The notes under the pieces are model-generated. The model saw only the letters and a program-made list of their open reading frames with translations, made no database searches and was not told the DNA's origin. DNA of 64,000 bases from positions 1 through 64,000 of the forward strand of contig NW_021831286.1 of assembly GCF_006345805.1 (NCBI RefSeq), written 5' to 3'. Source of the stretch: Octopus sinensis. Lineage: Eukaryota. Of this stretch, positions 24,763 through 36,531 are shown piece by piece. The position numbers were made by a program, and so were the translations under genes. The stretch's first letter is position 1. Every line of letters begins with the position of its first letter.

Positions 24763-26584
24763 CTTATGCAATTAACCGATGTTTTAATAAAAATCAATAA
24801 TTTTTTTAATAGTCAAGAAAAGAAAATAATCAAAAACGTTTAAAAAAATCATTAATTTTGGACTGTCTAGTCTTCTGGCAAAGGCGTAGGACGCTTTTTT
24901 CTAGTTCATAGAAGTTGTCCATATCCATTTCACTTGTTAAATCGCTGTTAGTAAGAAACTGGCGTATTAATCTGCATGCACCCATAGCTTCCGAACTGGT
25001 TGTTTTCACGGGTATGGGATCTTCATCGTCCTCATCGTCTTCACAAGAAATATCTCTTGACATTAAACATATTTCTTCATCGGACATGATTCCGATATAT
25101 TCTTCATCCTCATTAGCAACATCCATCGTTATTTCGTCACATTCAATGTCACTAAACATATTTTCCTCCACTTCCTCATGGAATCCAGCCTTACGGAAAC
25201 AGTTGTAAATTGTTGCTATTTTGATTTCCCTCCAAGCCATTTTGAGCATGTGTAGCGCATCCAAAAGAGTGATAGAATTCACAACGGATTTGAGACAGGC
25301 ATCGTCTGAATCAATTACGGCAATCACTCTTTGTAAAAATGCCAATCTGTAGTTGTGCTTTAGACTTTTTATGATCCCCATATCACATGGCTGAATGCAT
25401 GCGGATGTGTTTGGTGGAATAAAATACAATTTAACATTTGATAGATTTTCTCCAGCATCTTTTGGATGCGCAGCACAATTGTCAAGGACCATGGCTATAT
25501 TTCTTTTTTGTATTTTCATTTTCTTGTTAACACATGACAACCAGTTTTTAAAAATGCGTGATGTCATCCATGCATTCTATAATTCTACTGAAATTGATAT
25601 GCTACCTTATTGACAACGTAGTTAACTGGAAGTGTTTTGATTCCTTTGAAGCACCTAGGATTCTTTCTTTTCCCAATGACCATCAATGGGTGTTTGTCCG
25701 AACCCGTCATATTGCAGGATACCATTACAGTTAATCTATCCTTCATTTTTTTACTTCCAATCGGTATTTCATTTTTAAATGATAGTGTCCGGTCGGGTAA
25801 ACCTCGGAATATGAGTCCTGTTTCATCACAATTATAAATGTTTTCCGGTGTATAATCTTTTAAAAGATCTTTTAATGTCCATTGGCACCAGTATTCAGCA
25901 GCATTTATATCGGAATCTTTTTTCTCCCCATAAATGCGTTTAAATGATATGTTGTTTCTTTCTTTCCAACGCTGAAGCCAACCTGAAGTAGGAATAAAGT
26001 CATCCATTTTCATTGTTTTAGCAAAGCTAGTAGCTTTGTGGGTTAATATGTTACCATTTATTGGTACATTTTTGGTCCTGGTTTGAGCAAACCAAACGGA
26101 CAATGCAGTTTCTACGTTCTTTTCTTTCCCATCGCGTCGTCTTTTTCGACTCAAATTGGTGCAATTAGATTCAGCCAATAGCATAATTTCTTCTCTATTC
26201 CTCAAAATCCGTGAGACTTAAGACTGAGAACAGTTGAATCTTGCAGATAGAGCTGATTGAGTTTGACCTCCTTGAATAAACAAATTGATTATTTCCAATT
26301 TTTGAGAAAGTGTAAGATCACGACGTAACGAAGATGACATGTGTAATAATAATTAAATTTTAAAATTACAAATTTAATTATGCAATTATGCGAAAATTTT
26401 TATAAGAAAAAATAGTAAATGTTCCCAATGAGAGTATGCAATTAACCGATTTATGCAATTAACCGATATGCAATTAGCCGATATTTTTTCAATGGAAACC
26501 ATGTAAGTTATGGTTTTAAACATGAATTTATGTCATTAACCGATTTATGCAATTAACCGATATGCAATTAACCGATGTTTACTG
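24763..26584 (-). mobile_element. pogo/Tigger transposon; transposase 24830-26340 with one 29-nt intron and one internal stop
   Basis: HTH (DLTLSQKLEII), CENP-B-type HTH, IYNCDETGL, NK|NAWMT across intron 25577-25605, LDNCAAH, QPCDMGII. Terminus CAGTAAACATCGG (on minus strand) ending at 26584 followed by TA. TAA replaces a codon at ~26218-26220. Confidence 0.9.
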
Positions 26585-27034
26585 TAATCCCATCACTTTT
26601 TTCCACATAAAATTTCACATTTTTCAAATAAAGTGCAGTTTCAATCATATTTATTTGAAATTCATGGAATTATTAATAGAAAATAGGTTAAAAAGAATGC
26701 ACAATTTCATTATAAAAATTATAAAAGCTATCAAAAATAGTACTCATTATAAAACATGTCAAATTAAAAAAAAGATAGGCGTTCCATGTCATGGCGAGAA
26801 TTTAAGCGAAATTTGATAAAAATTATTGAATCTTGTAAAATGAAAAACATTAAATCTTTAGTTTTTATAACCGATATTGCACGAATACATCATTATTTGG
26901 GTGTAAAGACATTTATCAGTTCTAACGATTTTAATTTATTTTTTTCTTTCCCCTAATTTGCACTTTAAATCCCTTTGAAAATATTTTCTCTGTCAGGAAA
27001 TATTTAGTTATAAAGCATAAGCTCAAGATGAAGC

Positions 27035-28695
27035 CGACAATTTTATTATGTCCGAAACTGGCATCCAACAAGGCGACCCTCTTGGGCCCCTTTTATTCTC
27101 ACTCGGGGTTGATCACATTGCCCGCCATTTGTCCTCCGAGGTAAACATTTGGTCCTCGATGATGTTACTCTCGGCGGGACTTTGGAGACCGTCAGGAAGG
27201 ATATGGAAAAAATTATTTCTGGTTTTGCGTCTATTGGACTCGCTTTGAATGGATCCAAATCCGAGCTTATATGCTTGTCTGCGAGCCCTTCGGAATTCAA
27301 ATTAATTTTTTCGACCTTATCTCGCCATATTGAAGGCCTGGGCATCACCCAGCTTGATGACCTCATCATTCTGGGTTTCCAATCAATAGCAAGGCTACTA
27401 AGAAGGCTTTATATGGCAGGCTCGAAGAATTGGAAACTTTAATCTCCCGCATTTCCAAACTCGAATCCCATTTAGGCCTTTTCTTGCTAAAGAACTATCT
27501 CTTCATACCGAGGCTAACTTATCTCTTGCGCTCATCGCCGTGCTTTCTCGAACAAAATCACTTATTTCGTCTCGACAACATGGTCTCCGAAGCTCTTGAA
27601 CTCCTCGTAAATATCAAATTCAAACCTTCAGACATGCGACGGGTTAATTTACCTATTCGTTACGGGGGCATCGGCATTCGTTCTTGTGTTGATTTATCCC
27701 TCCCATGTTACCTTTCCTCGTTGTCTGCCTCTGCTACTTCCTTCAACTCTGTTCTCTTCCCCTTCCCTGAACAGCCCGAGTTGTTGGAATATGCGGCGGG
27801 TGTCAACATGTGGATTTCTCGTGGGCTTAAAATCCCGGACGTCCCCTCAGTTCAAAAGAACTGGGATGAGATACATTGTTTGCATACACTCGAAGATATC
27901 CGCCTACGTGCTGACCAGTTTCAGTTGGCAAGCATCAATTGTGCCTGTCAACCCCACTCGGCCGATTGGCTTGACGCTTTGCCGATTTCCTCTGCTGGAA
28001 TGTTGCTGGACGACGAATCTGTCCGCATCGGAATCTGTTTACGGCTTGGCATAGAGATTTGCCTGCCACATCAGTGCAGATGCGGAAAGGTCATTGACAG
28101 GAGAGGGCTACACCCCCTCTCTTGTCGCCTCAGTACCGGCCGTATACCCAGACATGCCGCCTTGAATGATATTGTCAAGCGCGCGCTCAACGCCGCTGGA
28201 TTCCCTTCGGTCCTAGAGCCGGTTGGTTTAGACCGTGGCGACGGAAAACGTCCCGACGGGTCCACGCTATTCCCGTTCAAGGGGGGACTCGCTCTCGTTT
28301 GGGACGTGACCTGTGTCGACTCGTTTTCCTCGTCATCTCTCATGGACTCTGCTTCCCGTCCTGGCTCAGCCTCCGCACATGCCGAAACAAAAAAAATAAC
28401 AAAGTATGCCTCATTGGAGAACACCTGCCTTTTCGTCCCCCTGGCTTTCGAAACGAGCGGGATAATCGGCCCAAAAGCTCTTGAGTTCCTTTCGGAAATC
28501 GGCTTGATGATCTCAAGGAAGAGTCACGAGAGACGTGAGTCTAGTTGGCTTTTTCAGCGCATTTCGCTCGCGATATTGCGCGGAAACTGCCTATCTATTC
28601 GCGCGTCCTCTCAATCAAAGAATTAACATCATAAATTTACTTAATTAACAATTATTTAAAAAAAAACTAAAAATTTCAAAAAAAAAAAAAAAAAA
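27035..28695 (+). mobile_element. 5'-truncated CRE-like retrotransposon (RT C-terminus, CCHC, RLE, poly-A)
   Basis: GIQQGDPLGP, DD, LPIRYGGIG, CRCG..HPLSC, GDGKRPDG, WDVTC, ETSG; A18 at 28678-28695. Confidence 0.92.
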
Positions 28696-28822
28696 TTAAA
28701 GAACTTGATTTCGGATTAATTTGCTGAAATAAGCCGAGAACATTGTGATTTTTTCTATTGGAAAATGCTTGGTTATATTTGTATGTCTGAGAAAAGAGAA
28801 AAAAATTAATAAATAAGAGTTC

Positions 28823-29535
28823 TTTTTTTTTAATAAAGTGAATCAATTTATGATAATTATGTATATTTAATTAGCAGCAGAGGATAGGATGGAATGGCAA
28901 TTCCCACGCAAGATGGCTATTTATAGGCGTTGGAAAAGCCATGTCCGTTCCCGATGATCATTTCTTCTTCTGCTTGCCAAATCCGCCAGTTTAATAAGGA
29001 ATTTTTTAGTTCTGGGGCCGAGGACTCCCGATGTCTCCACTTCGATCGCGGCAAAGATGTGGCGGTGAGATAATGCACTGTATTTCTTGATTTTTAGCGT
29101 TTCGGCCAGGTTGGCTGCGGAGCCCGGCTCTGAAGCCGACGACAAGATGTTCCCGGCGGAAAAGGTATCCGTGCAAGTGGCGTCCCAGATGAGAGACTTG
29201 CCATTTTCAAATGGGAAGGTCGTTAGACCATCAGGACGTTTACCATCCCCCCGAGCCAGCCCGACCGGTTCCAGCTATGAAGGGAATCCGGCAGTTTCCA
29301 GAGTCCGCTTGACTATGTCGTTCAGAGCCGTATGTCGAGGGAAGCGTCCGGGACTTCTTTGGCACGATAACGGGTGCAATCCAAAGGGGTCAACGGTCGA
29401 TCCACAGCGACACCGATGTTCCCGGCATACGTTCAGACCTAGGCGCATTGATATGTCGATCCTCAGGCAATCATCGTCCAATAAGGTTCCAATAGAACCC
29501 ATTGGGATGGCGGTCAACCAAGCCCAGGAAAAATT
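28823..29535 (-). mobile_element. 5'-truncated CRE-like retrotransposon
   Basis: AWLTAIP..CREHRCRCG..HPLSC..GDGKRPDG..WDATC; T9 at 28823-28831; same subfamily as 5885-6288. Confidence 0.9.
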
Positions 29536-29965
29536 TTAATATGATCAATTATGTTTTATTATGTATAAATGTTGGGGCATATACATTTTTGATGGAAAGC
29601 ATTGAGTATCAAATAATTGTGCGTATCAAATAATTGTGCTATAATAAGTTTAGACACAATATATTGCAAAAAATGAAAGAACAATTCTTTAAATGGGAGT
29701 CACATCCTGGAAAATTTAAAACAATTTTGTACAGACATGGCATGAATTATCAGAGGAAACAATAGTCTTACTGTTGATTGAAAAAAAACTCGAAGTCCTA
29801 CCTGACTTGCCAGAAGAGTCGGTTTAATTACAGCAATACAGGTAGGATAAATGTCGGTGTAGTTGTTTTAAATGGATAAGAAATTAAATATTTGAATAAA
29901 ACTACATTGGTTCCATAATAAAGAGTAAAAATAAGTTTAAAAAAACAGATTACAAAAATGAAAAA

Positions 29966-31060
29966 TCAATGTTCACATTCCTTAGTGAGGCAAAGTTTCG
30001 ACAATAGCCCTGAAAGCTGAATTTCCGAGTCGAGTCCTACCGAAGACAGCCTAAGTTGTTGTAATCCAATCTCCTTCATAAACATGACTTGAATTGCCTC
30101 CTTCAAACCGGAATGTATTTTGCAGACTTTAAACAACATGGATATTATGTCCTGTCCAGAATAGCCCATTTCCAGGAATTTGTAGAGAATCCGTTCAGCC
30201 TCGTCTATTCGTCCAGACACACAGGCATCCAACATTTCCTTGACCAGACTAGGTCGAGGCTCATCACAAATCTGCCATGTCATCACAACACCACCGAAAA
30301 GACGTTATCGGCTGTGACATCGGCCAGACCAATCACGGTAGACTGGAGGTTGTTGATCGCATTCCTCATATCTCCATCCGCACAAAAAACCAGAGCTCGG
30401 AGACCTTCCTGGTCGTAGCAAACCTTTTCCTTTCTGCCACTCCTTGGACGCATTGATACACCTCATCGTCCAACATTCTGGTAAAGCGGACGATGGCACA
30501 ACGTGACTGGATTGGCTCTAATTTAATAATCCTTTCACGCATGCCGATCAGTTTGCTCGAGTCGTTGCAAGCAAAGAAGAACCGAGTGTGGTGTGAGTTT
30601 ATTTCCATTGTTCGGCGAAGGGCCTGTTGGGCAGAACTTGTTATACTGTCAGACTCGTCCAGGATTATCATTTTATGTAAGTTTTCTGGTAAATTTACTT
30701 TTTTCTGTGCAAAATCCTTGATTTTGTTCCTCACAACATCAATCCCTCTAAAAATAAAATACTACAGTACCGTTCATGAGACGCGTTTAATTCAAGGACG
30801 GCTTGGCTAAACAAATCTCCCAGTAACTCCCGAGCCATGCACAAAATGCTTGTTGTCTTTCCTGTCCCCGGAGGTCCCTTTAAAAATTATTGAATATTGC
30901 GTATTACAGAAATTATAAGGTTTGGAATATTCCCGGATTGAGCAAATATTTTGAAATGATCAATGGCTTCTTTATTACCAATTACATCCTCAAGTTTTTG
31001 AGGTCGATACTTCTCTACCCTTATTCGTAAAAATGGCACCACCAACCATGGGATTTTCAT
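29966..31060 (-). CDS. RFC2: Replication factor C subunit 2 (yeast Rfc4 ortholog), six exons
   Basis: MKIPW|VEKYRP...GPPGTGKTT...LELNAS..R|[13 protein letters not shown]...ILDESD...EPIQSRCA...[17 protein letters not shown]. Introns 31020-31046 (27), 30878-30907 (30), 30748-30770 (23), 30518-30544 (27, GC-AG), 30272-30294 (23). One apparent 1-nt deletion at 30431-30433. Confidence 0.95.
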
Positions 31061-31747
31061 TTGAATTATACAATTAATTTTTTTTATAAAATTAGAACTT
31101 ATTACAAACCTAATCATCCAAAAACTGTTGTTGAATTACCTAATTTTGAAAAAAGCAATTTACGTCTTCCGGGCTCAGAAGTTTGACTTGGAACTTCATT
31201 GGGGTCGGTTTACACTTTGGAAAAGTCAATATTTTTGGTGATTGCTCTTCCGATGCTCCTCATGTCTGACTGACGCAACAATAAATCGTTACTTATGTTC
31301 CCAAACAACACGTCTCACGTTTTTCAATTTCTTTGTTTAAAATCGAGATTTCGGTTGTCATATCAGTAATTTATCATGTCTCCCATAACTACAATACTCT
31401 CAAAGGAAAGTGGAACGAATTTAGATAGACTCCTTTTTGCTGCATCTCCTGCTGTCGCGGTGGCCTAGAGAAAGAAAATTTTCAATTTTTCGTCGGTGGT
31501 TTCTTCAATATTAAAATTTTGCAATTTTGGATTACATAATAAATCATTTCATTTTCGTATTGTTTAAGTGAATTAAATTAGAGAACAATATTTTTCATTG
31601 ATTTACTGTAATATAATTGTAAGTGACAAATCCATTTAAAATTAATATTACATTTTTTGCAATATAAGTATATTTATTTTCAAATAATATACGAATTAAA
31701 TATCGATTCGGCGACTATAAATTTGTGCGCACTACACTGAAGCTGAA

Positions 31748-32446
31748 ATGAAGCAGCCGTCTGTGCATTCTCATAGCAAACAAAGCAGCGAAAATCTAAT
31801 CACTCCCGAGTGTTCCATGAATAATTTTTCACGACAAATTGACCCGGCTGTATCTATCCAGTCCAACACTAACCACCAAGACCCCTCATTTCGAAATTCT
31901 AACGGAAGTTTTATTCCTTCTTGTATCTCTCTTAACAACCCTGCTTATTTTTATGACAATGTACAGAATAAGAACGTCCCCTCATTTTTGTCGACTCACC
32001 ACAATAAAGTTGCCTTGAAACCTCAATATTCTACTATTCCCGTCCCCGTTATATGTGAGAATGACAGAAAAACGTTTTCTTATCCCGACAACAGTGTCGC
32101 TCCTTCGGAAAAGCCTGTGTCCACTTTAAAAAACGGCAACAGTAATTTTGTGAAAAATGTTCAATTTGATGAACCCAATTCAACTCAAGTAGCCGATGAG
32201 AGAGGCTCCTCGTGCAAAAAGTCCAATAAAGTGTCATTCAAGACGATACAAACGTTGGCTTGTCTGTCTTTTTTAATGAATCCTATTTTTGGGTGTTTCG
32301 CTTTGATTTATGCCGGGAGGTACATTGAAGACGACGATTATTGCCATGCACGACGGATGGCTTGCATTTCTTATTCTCTGTCTATGGTTGGAATTTGTCT
32401 CACTCTTTTTGTTGTAGTTCCTCTTCTTGTTTTGTTTTTTAAATAA
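31748..32446 (+). CDS. CD225/dispanin-family membrane protein (PRRT-like)
   Basis: Low-complexity N-terminus followed by a hydrophobic LACLSFLMNPIFGCFALIYA segment, a DDY.HARR linker and a C-terminal TM helix. Confidence 0.62.
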   Translation: MKQPSVHSHSKQSSENLITPECSMNNFSRQIDPAVSIQSNTNHQDPSFRNSNGSFIPSCISLNNPAYFYDNVQNKNVPSFLSTHHNKVALKPQYSTIPVPVICENDRKTFSYPDNSVAPSEKPVSTLKNGNSNFVKNVQFDEPNSTQVADERGSSCKKSNKVSFKTIQTLACLSFLMNPIFGCFALIYAGRYIEDDDYCHARRMACISYSLSMVGICLTLFVVVPLLVLFFK

Positions 32447-32574
32447 ATTTTATTTATACTTTCAAGTGAATGTCACTTAAGTAAAAGATACACTACATTT
32501 CTGGTTATTATGGAATTGGATTTGAACTCATTATTCGTCGACAATTCTCACAAAAAAGATTGGTTTCGGGAATT

Positions 32575-34412
32575 GTACATTTGTCATGATTGTGGCAGTT
32601 GAGTAGCCGATCGGTAGTTACTAATATGGGTTTTTGACTAATCATATTTATTTTACAGTAGTAATAAGTCGCGACGTTAATGAGCGCATAAACTTTAAGT
32701 CCAAATCTAATTCAATGGAGCACGCCGTTGAATGGACCGACTACTTTTTATTAAAATAAAAATATAATTTTTATAAAATAGATGACGATCGAATTATTTT
32801 AAGTTAATGGATAATATTATTCCTAATAAAAAAATTATAATTAGGCATTACAAACGAAAAGAGTTAAAATGCGCAGCGGATCGACTGGCAATTCCCGCGC
32901 ATGATGGCCAATGAGATCCTTTGAAAGAGTCTGATCGACTCGTTGGGATCTTTCGTGGCAACCACGAGCTTAGATCCAAGGCGGCGGAGAAACGATAGCG
33001 TCTGCGGGCCGATGACTCCAGAGGTTTCCACCGCGACTGCAGTGAATTGGTGATTCTTTGCCAGGACCCGGTACTTCTTCTGCTTTGTTAGTTCCGCCTG
33101 CTTTGCAACTGAGCCCGGTTCCGCAGCGGAGACAATTAGATTCTTGGCGGAGAAAGTGTCGGAACAGGTGGCGTCCCAGAGAAGGCATTTCCACTTTTCA
33201 AACGGGAAGATTGACATGCCATCCGGGCGCTTACCGTCGCCTCTGTCGAGCCCGACTGGTTCGAGCTCATTAGGAAACCCCGCCGTCGTTAGGGCACGGC
33301 TCACGGTGTCGTTGATGGCGGCGTGTCGTGGGTAACGTCCGGCACTACGTGAGCAGGAGAGGGGATGATGGCCAAATGAGTCCACTCTTAAACCGCAGCG
33401 GCACTGGTGTGTTCTGCAAATGGGAAGTCCGAGGCGGAGAGAGACGGAAATCCTTACACAGTCGTTGTCCATTAAGGTGCCGATTGACGCCATAGGGATT
33501 GCTGTAAGCCATGCACCAGAATATGGTTGCGAGGCGGCCAATAAGCAAGCCAAGCGATGTTGATTGAGTTTCGGCTTGAGGCTGTTTATCTTGTGGTCGC
33601 AGAGGATCCGGTCCCATTGACCTTGAGCGTGTGTATTCTCCGGGATTTCCAGAGACATCCCTTGCCAGCAACTTTCGACAGCTCCCAATAAGTAAGGAGG
33701 AGCAGTGCATTTTCTGCAAAATGTGGATATCCTTTCAAAATCACGTATATGTCCGAAGGGACATCAGATGGAATTAGTCTTGGGACCGAAGCTCAATTGG
33801 AAATGCTCAAGAGTTGGTTGTAGAGTCCAATGTTCTATTAAAAAAGGTATAATTTCTCTCAAATAATTCTAGATACCTGGTTAGAGAATTGTAGATTGCC
33901 ATTGAGGATGTCATCGCCTACATATACTTATGGAGTTACGATAGGCATACCTTCAAATGGCTTCATCACGAATACAATTGGGGTGAACATACATATGTCG
34001 ATTGGGCTATGTTTTTACGTGAAGTGCACACCCAGACAGTAGAACGAATGTGGGGAAGTGCAAAATGCAAGAATAAAGCTCAAAGAGGAGCTGTAAGACA
34101 TCATCTGGGATCTTATTTCGCAGGTTTTTTTAGTTAGTTATTTTTTCAGAATTTATGTGGCGAAAACAAATACAGAACTATAAGGAATCTTTTGCACAGA
34201 TTGTAAAAGACATAAATTCCTTCTACAGTCCTGGAATTTGGATGCCGCGTACTAAAAATGACTAAATTGGTTAAATAAATTTTTAAATAATTTTAATAAC
34301 CATTTAAATTATTGATAGAGGGTTATAAATTAAATAATCTATTTTTCACTAAAAAAATTAATTAATTTTAATTATCTTCTAAAAAAACTGCGACCACTTC
34401 GACAAAAGTACC
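32575..34412 (+). mobile_element. Merlin (IS1016-like) transposon, internally deleted, two micro-introns, interrupted by a CRE copy
   Basis: AVHFLQNVDIL..RICPKGH..WKCSRVGC..SIKK|DTWLE and HTQTVERMWG..RG...HLGSYFA|EFMWR. Introns 33847-33872 and 34124-34149 (26 nt each). Right end ...CGACCACTTCGACAAAAGTACC; degenerate left TIR near 32575 (tentative). Confidence 0.7.
32864..33700 (-). mobile_element. CRE-like retrotransposon fragment (CCHC and RLE) inserted in the Merlin element
   Basis: Open 274-aa frame: QHRLACL..GAWLTAIP..CRTHQCRCG..HPLSC..GDGKRPDG..WDATC..ETSG..QRIS.AIMRGN; no poly-A seen. Confidence 0.9.
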
Positions 34413-35749
34413 GATTATTTTTTATGAAATACAACAAATTAAGGATTATTTTAATTCTGATTCCGATCCGTCATCTTTTAAAGATATCGATAAGAAAAAA
34501 AATACAGATTGAAAGAAATTTAGAATCTGATCCGGTTTTAAGACGGAAAACCCACATTCTGCAGAAAGATACTGACCTTCGTTTTTCGGCAGTCGAGGAA
34601 TATAACCTAACGCTCAAACACATTGAGGCTTCCTATTGTAAAACATGGTCAGTCAGAACATAATATGGATCACTTTGAACGACATCGTTTATTTGACAGG
34701 CTTCGTAGTTGACCCGAACTGAGGTTGCTCAGATTGTTTAAAAATGTTCATTTTCCAGGTAGTTTTTAGAACATTCTTAAAAAAATTGTCTTTAATTATA
34801 ACTCCATCGTTCAAAATCCCGTTCTATGTGTGTGTTGGCCAGAAACACTGTTCACGAGGGTATTTTGATTGGAGGCATATTTATATGGATAGAATTGATT
34901 AAAATTACATTCTTATGTTGGTCGATCAACGGCGTGGTCTGTTCATCGAATGGTGACAATAATAATTAAAAAATTGTATATAGGGAAAATCATTTGTTTT
35001 AAATTTTTCCATATGTTGTGACTAATTTTAAAATCAGTGGTGTTATGAACGACCCTTTCCTTCGCGATAAAGCTGACCATAAAGTCGAAAGAAATGCTAA
35101 AATACTTAATTTTTTTATTTACGGGCTCAGTCGACCGACTATCAACACTCAAATACTGACTGGGGCGGTACAGTAAAACATCAAAGCCCAATGGTCACCC
35201 AATCGTTTAGAATCAATTATAGCAAGACACAATTAAAGGCTTTAGCATTAAACTAAATTGGCTGGTTTTTTAATCAATAAGGGCTTTAATATACCTTTGA
35301 GAATTATTTTTTATTTAATTTTAAACCCCCAAACTTGCATAGCAAACCCAGCACAAACAGTCACAGCTAACTAATCAAATGAAGAATCCAAGGAAAGAAG
35401 GAACTGTCTGTGCCAATCAGCATTAGTTCCAAATTTTCAATACAGCCTTCCGGATCCAAAGAGAGGTGGGAATATCTGGTATGCCCATTTCCCATTTGTC
35501 AGCCTCCTACCGTCGCTCACCGAACATCATTTGTTTTCGGAAGGGTTTTACATAATGGAGATTTTTCATAGGTAATTTGATCAAGAGAAGGTAGAGATCC
35601 CCTTTCTACATCTGCTCGTGCCAGATGTACTCGTCGCCTCACGGATGGGAACGATGACAATACTTGACCCCAGCTGAAAACTTGCTTCTTTCGAAATCAA
35701 ACCCGCGAAATTCGTATTCCAAGATCTTCAGAATTTATAAAACTGAGAT

Positions 35750-36347
35750 TATTTATTTATTAAAGACCAAAGACGGGTAAGCCAGTTAATTATAATAATC
35801 CCCGTGATCGCCGATCCGAACGAGGGAGATCCTACTGAAAGGTTCGATCCTGCCCGCATGATCGGCCTGAGACGACGATGTCCCAGGGTCTGAGATTATT
35901 TATTTATTTATTTATTAAATCACCAAGACCACGCTAAAAACCGAACAAATGTCACGTGATCCCGATGCACTCAACCAGGGACCTCATCCTCGCTCGGTGG
36001 TCTTCCCACGAGCCCACACAAGATCAGCACAGGGCGGCAGGCCGTTTTTGGCGGAGCAGTCGCTGACGGGCCCAGGTTCAGCTTGATGAGGTCTTCCAAG
36101 AGGCTGGACGGGGCGTTGGCTATCATGTGACCAACGATCGGTAATCTGAGGGCCCTTTGTTGGGCCTCCTCGATTCGCCTCCTGTTGGACCACGATAGCC
36201 GCGGACCCCATGATCCGCAAGCGTACGCAACACAGGGTTCGAAGTACTGGCGGTAGATATTCGCCAGTACCGGGTGCGACCCGTTTTTCCAAATACCAGA
36301 TAGAGTTCGCAGAATGTTCAGTTTATGTTCGCATTTGCGAAGGAGGT
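35750..36347 (-). mobile_element. Two tandem 5'-truncated LINE 3' ends with (TAAA)n tails
   Basis: Tails at 35750-35761 and 35897-35916, each abutting CTGAGAT. The longer piece encodes NIYRQYFEPCVAYACGSW and RIEEAQQRALRL, similar to the Jockey/I C-termini in this window. Confidence 0.75.
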
Positions 36348-36531
36348 AAAAACTGAGATAAAACTGAGATATAAAATTTTATAAAGTCTACAATGAATAA
36401 TCAAAATTATAAAAAAAATAAATAATAATTTAGTCGAATTTAAAGATTTTTTAATCATGATTTAAACACTAATTTTACTAACAAATAATTCTAAAATTGT
36501 TGGAAAAATGGAAGAATCAATCGTGAATAAA

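Noticed and set aside
30422-30460. 17-nt or 26-nt intron to repair the RFC2 frame
   Set aside because: Either would delete 6-9 conserved residues and is purine-rich, unlike the other introns; a single added A restores exact alignment.
31200-31540. Possible small minus-strand gene with an RPEL-like motif
   Set aside because: No consistent start or frame could be built and the motif match is weak.
35230-35720. Moderately GC-rich segment that may be coding
   Set aside because: No frame gave a recognisable domain or a coherent exon chain.
35841-35850. tRNA T-loop/B-box-like GGTTCGATCC
   Set aside because: No cloverleaf or A-box, and it lies antisense to the tailed element that contains it.
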